Shown: positions 26,470-30,550 of the stretch, piece by piece
Layout: every line of letters begins with the position of its first letter
Numbering within the stretch: the first letter of the stretch is position 1
Source of the DNA: Gammaproteobacteria bacterium
Lineage (GTDB): Bacteria; Pseudomonadota; Gammaproteobacteria; Eutrophobiales; Eutrophobiaceae
Assembly (NCBI GenBank): GCA_965222155.1
Contig: CBDCTH010000008.1
Span: 1-30,550, forward strand
DNA length: 30,550 bases
Direction: 5' to 3'
Notes under the pieces: generated by a model
The model's database searches: none
What the model was told of the DNA's origin: nothing
What the model saw: only the letters and a program-made list of their open reading frames with translations
Position numbers and translations under genes: made by a program

Positions 26470-27327
26470 ATGGTTGCCAGCATGACTGCTTTTGCGCGGC
26501 GCGAAGAATCAGGGGAATGGGGTCATGCCGCCTGGGAAATTCGTACGGTTAACCATCGTTATCTGGATATTTCGATCCGGCTGCCTGAGGAACTGCGCGC
26601 CCTGGAAACCAGTGTGAGGGAGTGTGTCTCTAAAAAGCTCAAACGCGGCAAGGTGGAATGCAACCTTCGCTACGATGCTGATTCGGCTGCCGGTGATTTT
26701 AATATCAACTCGGAGCTTGCGGAAAGGGTCATTCATGCGGCCCGCGAACTTCATCTACAGAGCCCCCCGACTATAAATCCCTTTGACGTGTTACGCTGGC
26801 CCGGCGTCATTGATAAAAATGCGCCGGACCTGGAGCGGATCGGCAACGCCCTGATGAACCTGCTGGACAAGGCCCTCGATAACATTGTTGCTGACCGGCG
26901 CAGGGAAGGTAAAAAAATTGAGCAGATGATTGCCGGACGATGCGATCTTTCGCTGCACCAGGTCCGGCAAATCCGAAACAGGATTCCGGAAATTATTGCC
27001 GCCACCAGGGAACGGCACCTGGCCAGGGTACAGGAACTCGATATCGAACCGGACAGCGGCCGGCTCGAGCAGGAAATTGCCCTCTTGTCACAGAAACTGG
27101 ACGTGGCTGAAGAACTGGACCGGCTGGAAACCCACACTAACGAAGTCAGGAGCATCCTGAACGAACCGGAACCCGTCGGCAGGCGACTCGATTTTCTTAT
27201 GCAGGAGATGAATCGTGAGGCCAACACGCTGGGGTCGAAATCAGCCCATATCGATACAAGCAACGCATCGATTGAACTCAAAGTACTGATCGAACAGATG
27301 CGCGAGCATATCCAGAACATAGAATGA
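26470..27327 (+). CDS. yicC: YicC/YloC family endoribonuclease
   Basis: SMTAFAR, EIRTVNHRYLD, RGKVEC, DVAEELDRL, GRRLDFLMQEMNREANTLGSKS, EQMREHIQNIE. Confidence 0.96.
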   Translation: MVASMTAFARREESGEWGHAAWEIRTVNHRYLDISIRLPEELRALETSVRECVSKKLKRGKVECNLRYDADSAAGDFNINSELAERVIHAARELHLQSPPTINPFDVLRWPGVIDKNAPDLERIGNALMNLLDKALDNIVADRRREGKKIEQMIAGRCDLSLHQVRQIRNRIPEIIAATRERHLARVQELDIEPDSGRLEQEIALLSQKLDVAEELDRLETHTNEVRSILNEPEPVGRRLDFLMQEMNREANTLGSKSAHIDTSNASIELKVLIEQMREHIQNIE

Positions 27328-29750
27328 TTGAAAAGCGCCATTTGCCATCATTCCGGCAACACCTGCCGTCATTCCGGCAACACCTGTCGTCATTCCGGCA
27401 ACACCTGTCGTCATTCCGGCGAAAGCCGGAATCCAGTAAATTAACGTGCCGCAGGCGGCCCAGTGTTTCACTGGATTTACATCCTTTGTTCCGTCAACGG
27501 CACATCCATGTGCCACTACTCGGCTTTCGCCGGAATGACGAAGGAAGGACATTTTCTGTCCCCAAATTATTAATTCATTTTCTGTGGCTGCTACTCATGT
27601 ATGGAGCGACCTGTCAGGCAGATACGGACAAGCAAGCGTTAACCCTGGAAAGCATTTTTGCCAGCAGTGAATTTGAAAATAATCTGCCGCAAAACATCCA
27701 GTGGCATAACGACGAACGGAGTTTCACCTTCACAAGAAAGAACCCGGAGACCGGCCTGCTTGATATCCATGAGTACGACGTTGCCGCCGGCGCCACGCGT
27801 TTAATCATCTCCGGGGACACACTCCGATATGAGAATGAACCCGTCGGGATGAGTAACTATCAGTGGGCAGCCGACGGTCAATTTATCTTGCTGGCAGGTC
27901 CGGTTAATCTGACCTGGGACGGCAGGTACGAAGCGCCCTGTTACATCTATGATCCCGGCAATAAAGAACTCCGGGCGTTTGCCGATAATAACCCACACTT
28001 GCTTAACGTCCGCCTCTCCCCGGACGGCAGTCGCGTGGGTTACGTACTGGAAAATAATATTTACATCACCGAGTTGAGCAGCCGCTCCACCCGCGCCGTC
28101 ACGACCGACGGTGATTACAACATATTCAACGGCTTTTTTGACTACGGCAGCAAGATGTTCTCCAGCGGGCCGGCCTGGTTCTGGTCGCCTGACGGCAGCA
28201 GGATCGCGTTCTGGCGCCTGGATGTCACGGACGTGAAGGTCTATTACATGGTGGATGAACTGGGTAAGTACAATACCGTCCGACCTATGAAATACCCGAA
28301 TACCGGCGAGCGTCTTGCCGTCACCCGGATAGGCGTGTTTGACCTGGAAAGCGGCCGGACAAGCTGGATGGATACCGGTGACAACCCAGATGACTACATC
28401 CCCAGGATCACCTGGACGAATTCCTCGGATACCCTCGCCATACAACGGCTTACCAGGGACCATAACAGACTGACTCTTCTGCTTGCCGACACCGTCACCG
28501 GCAAATCGAAAGCGATTGTCAATGATACAGACCCTGCATGGGTGGATATCACGAATGATTTGCTGTTTTTCAGAGACCGGGAAGCCTTCGTTTGGACCTC
28601 AGAGAAAAGCGGTTATCGCCATGCCTACCTCTACGATTACGAGGGAAACGAAATACAGTTGACTGACGGTGACTGGGAAATCTCCGCGCTCATCGGTCTC
28701 GATGAAAGCGCGGGCTGGCTGTATTTCTACGCTAAAAAGGACTCATTTATTGACCAGCATGTCTACAGGATCAAGCTCGACGGCTCGAATGTGGAAAGGC
28801 TGACAAGCAAACCGGGCTGGCACGAATGGCAGTTTTCACCGGACCGCCAACAGGTAATTGAGACCTGGTCCAATGCCAACACACCACACAGCATGACCTT
28901 GCGCAAGGCAAATGGAGATAAAGTCCGTGTACTGGAAGCCAGCAAACTCAAGGCAATGGATCAATATGCCATGCCGCACACGGAGTTTCTCAAGGTGGAA
29001 ACCAGTGACGGAATACTGATCGATGCCTATATGATCAAGCCGCTGGATTTCGATCCCGGTAAAAAATACCCGGTTATCGGTTACGGTTACGGTAACGCCG
29101 GTTCGCAGATGGTCACCAACAGGTGGGGTACCCAGTGGCAGCGGGACCCGAAACAGGATCTCTGGCACCGCTACATAGCTGAGCAGGGTTATATCATCTT
29201 CGCCGTGGACAACCGTACCAGCGCGGGAAGAGGCAAGGCGGCTAAGAACCTGACCTACGGGCACTATGGGAAATATGCTGTTCTCGACTACCTGGAAGGC
29301 GTCAACTACCTGAAATCACTGCCTTACATCGATGCAAGCCGGCTCGGCTTCTGGGGCTGGAGCGGCGGCGGTTACCTGGCTGCCGCGCTGATGACCAAGG
29401 GCGCGCCCCACTTCAAGACCGCCGTCAGTGTTGCGCCGGTCATCGATCTGAACCGCTACCAGGCCTTCGGTGTGGAACGCTGGATGGATACCGTTGAAAA
29501 CAATCCTCAGGGTTACTATGAAGTCAACCTGATGAACTTCGCCGACAAGCTGCAGGGCAACCTGCTGCTGATCCACGGCACAGGCGATGAAAATGTCAAG
29601 TATGCATTCACCTTACAGTTAGCCGACGCCCTGATTACCAACAACAAACAATTCGACATGATGATCTATCCGAACCAACATCATAACCTGGACGACGTAC
29701 AACTGCATGTATTTACCAGGATCACCAATTATTTTCTTGAGAAGCTGTAA
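27324..29750 (+). CDS. Dipeptidyl-peptidase IV-like S9B serine peptidase, secreted
   Basis: Beta-propeller (WSPDGSRIAF, YPNTG), GWSGGG nucleophile, LLIHGTGDENV, YPNQHH; signal peptide LLIHFLWLLLMYGATCQA/D preceded by a repeat-derived extension; ATGA overlap with yicC. Confidence 0.92.
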   Translation: MIEKRHLPSFRQHLPSFRQHLSSFRQHLSSFRRKPESSKLTCRRRPSVSLDLHPLFRQRHIHVPLLGFRRNDEGRTFSVPKLLIHFLWLLLMYGATCQADTDKQALTLESIFASSEFENNLPQNIQWHNDERSFTFTRKNPETGLLDIHEYDVAAGATRLIISGDTLRYENEPVGMSNYQWAADGQFILLAGPVNLTWDGRYEAPCYIYDPGNKELRAFADNNPHLLNVRLSPDGSRVGYVLENNIYITELSSRSTRAVTTDGDYNIFNGFFDYGSKMFSSGPAWFWSPDGSRIAFWRLDVTDVKVYYMVDELGKYNTVRPMKYPNTGERLAVTRIGVFDLESGRTSWMDTGDNPDDYIPRITWTNSSDTLAIQRLTRDHNRLTLLLADTVTGKSKAIVNDTDPAWVDITNDLLFFRDREAFVWTSEKSGYRHAYLYDYEGNEIQLTDGDWEISALIGLDESAGWLYFYAKKDSFIDQHVYRIKLDGSNVERLTSKPGWHEWQFSPDRQQVIETWSNANTPHSMTLRKANGDKVRVLEASKLKAMDQYAMPHTEFLKVETSDGILIDAYMIKPLDFDPGKKYPVIGYGYGNAGSQMVTNRWGTQWQRDPKQDLWHRYIAEQGYIIFAVDNRTSAGRGKAAKNLTYGHYGKYAVLDYLEGVNYLKSLPYIDASRLGFWGWSGGGYLAAALMTKGAPHFKTAVSVAPVIDLNRYQAFGVERWMDTVENNPQGYYEVNLMNFADKLQGNLLLIHGTGDENVKYAFTLQLADALITNNKQFDMMIYPNQHHNLDDVQLHVFTRITNYFLEKL
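27346..27540. repeat. CGTC-type REP cluster: three 21-bp tandem units + REP + interrupted inverted REP
   Basis: C(A/G)TCATTCCGGCAACACCTG(C/T) x3 (27346-27408), CGTCATTCCGGCGAAAGCCGGAATCCAG (27409-27436); inverted partner split into CTGGATT (27471-27477) and CGGCTTTCGCCGGAATGACG (27521-27540). Confidence 0.9.
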
Positions 29751-29782
29751 ACAACGATTATCCTGCTAAAAACCACAGCTTG

Positions 29783-29813
29783 GATATTTGGTGTCACAAA
29801 TGAGTAATCGCAT
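29783..29813 (-). pseudogene. Possible 5' relic of a PIN-domain gene coupled to the ImmA/IrrE gene
   Basis: ATG overlapping the end of the peptidase gene reads MRLLICDT, then N-I after a +1 slip, resembling the hhhDxNh first PIN motif; nothing follows. Confidence 0.45.
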
Positions 29814-30550
29814 CAAACAACTTCAATTTCCGTATCTGATGGAAGCGCATCAAAGGCATTTTCAGTAATTCAGCGGCTTTGGACTCGCTGATAATCCCTT
29901 CACCTAATGCATGACAGACCAATTGCTGAAATAACAGTGTGTGTTCCTTGGGGTACGCTTCTCCCGGTTCCTGTTTACGCCAACCTTCTGATGAATAAAC
30001 CTTGAGCAGACGTTTGCTGGTAGATTTATCAATAATACTCAACTCGGCGGCACGATGAAGACATGCCATCATACTGAGACCGAACTCGTGCTTCAACAGA
30101 TACAACTCGCGAACCTCAAGATTGTGGCGTTTGTCCCCAAGTTGCCGGCGAATACTGGCGGCAGGTAACAAAAAAGCAGCTGCAAAGCGGTCAGACGCTT
30201 TTTCTTCGTCCAGTTCAGAACTCATACGACCATGCAACAACAAATGTCCCAGTTCATGCGCCAGTGTAAAACGCTGCCGGTCACCGGGCCAATTGGCAGA
30301 AACCACTACGACCGGTTGGTCTGCAACCGTAGCTTGCAACCCGTCGAACTTGTCATGCACATTGACATGAGTAATGATCACCAGCACTCCATGGGACTCC
30401 AGCACATCAACCAGGTCCGGCAGCGGGTTCAAGCCTAACTGCCAGCTTGCCCGTACATGATCAGCAAACTGCCCTACTTCCTCCAGGGTAGTAATGCGCT
30501 CCGGCAGGCCGCTGATACCACTGAATGCCGGCACCGGGAAGGCAGGCCAT
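29794..30550 (-). CDS. ImmA/IrrE family (M78) metallopeptidase, 5'-truncated by the window edge
   Basis: A..VR..W.LG..P, GDRQRFTLAHELGH (HExxH), EEKASDRFAAAFLLP, LK.EFGLS, ISESKAAELL; frame open to 30550. Confidence 0.9.
   Translation of the reverse strand, partial: WPAFPVPAFSGISGLPERITTLEEVGQFADHVRASWQLGLNPLPDLVDVLESHGVLVIITHVNVHDKFDGLQATVADQPVVVVSANWPGDRQRFTLAHELGHLLLHGRMSSELDEEKASDRFAAAFLLPAASIRRQLGDKRHNLEVRELYLLKHEFGLSMMACLHRAAELSIIDKSTSKRLLKVYSSEGWRKQEPGEAYPKEHTLLFQQLVCHALGEGIISESKAAELLKMPLMRFHQIRKLKLFDAITHL

Noticed and set aside
27346-27436. Possible CRISPR array
   Set aside because: Units are contiguous 21-bp tandem copies with no unique spacers, no cas genes are present, and the sequence is REP-like.

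Overview
A gammaproteobacterial chromosomal segment; a marine host-associated (e.g. sponge symbiont) origin is an inference from the FN3 surface protein, F420 genes and dense repeats. Core genes are rph, rdgB, hemW, yicC, a nitroreductase, a peroxiredoxin, tRNA-Gln(CTG), cofC and npdG. Accessory DNA interrupts them repeatedly: (1) an AT-rich two-gene island between rph and yicC encoding a PHP-ABC/SMC ATPase (Ppl/TrlF-like, with an altered PHP metal motif) and a Schlafen/AlbA_2-HATPase_c_4 protein, the best candidate here for an undescribed defence system; (2) an RND pump pair between rdgB and hemW; (3) a mosaic between the nitroreductase and peroxiredoxin with nnrS, orphan genes, two IS remnants and diverged copies of the 3' ends of both flanking genes; (4) a high-GC FN3-repeat gene held out of frame by a G12 tract, probably phase variation; (5) a fused IorA-IorB next to a cyclase. 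At least four families of small repeats (MITEs sharing TIRs with a decayed transposase, and REP-like palindromes) are nested in one another. In two places they are inserted in-frame into proteins: the IorAB linker and the N-terminus of a DPP-IV peptidase.
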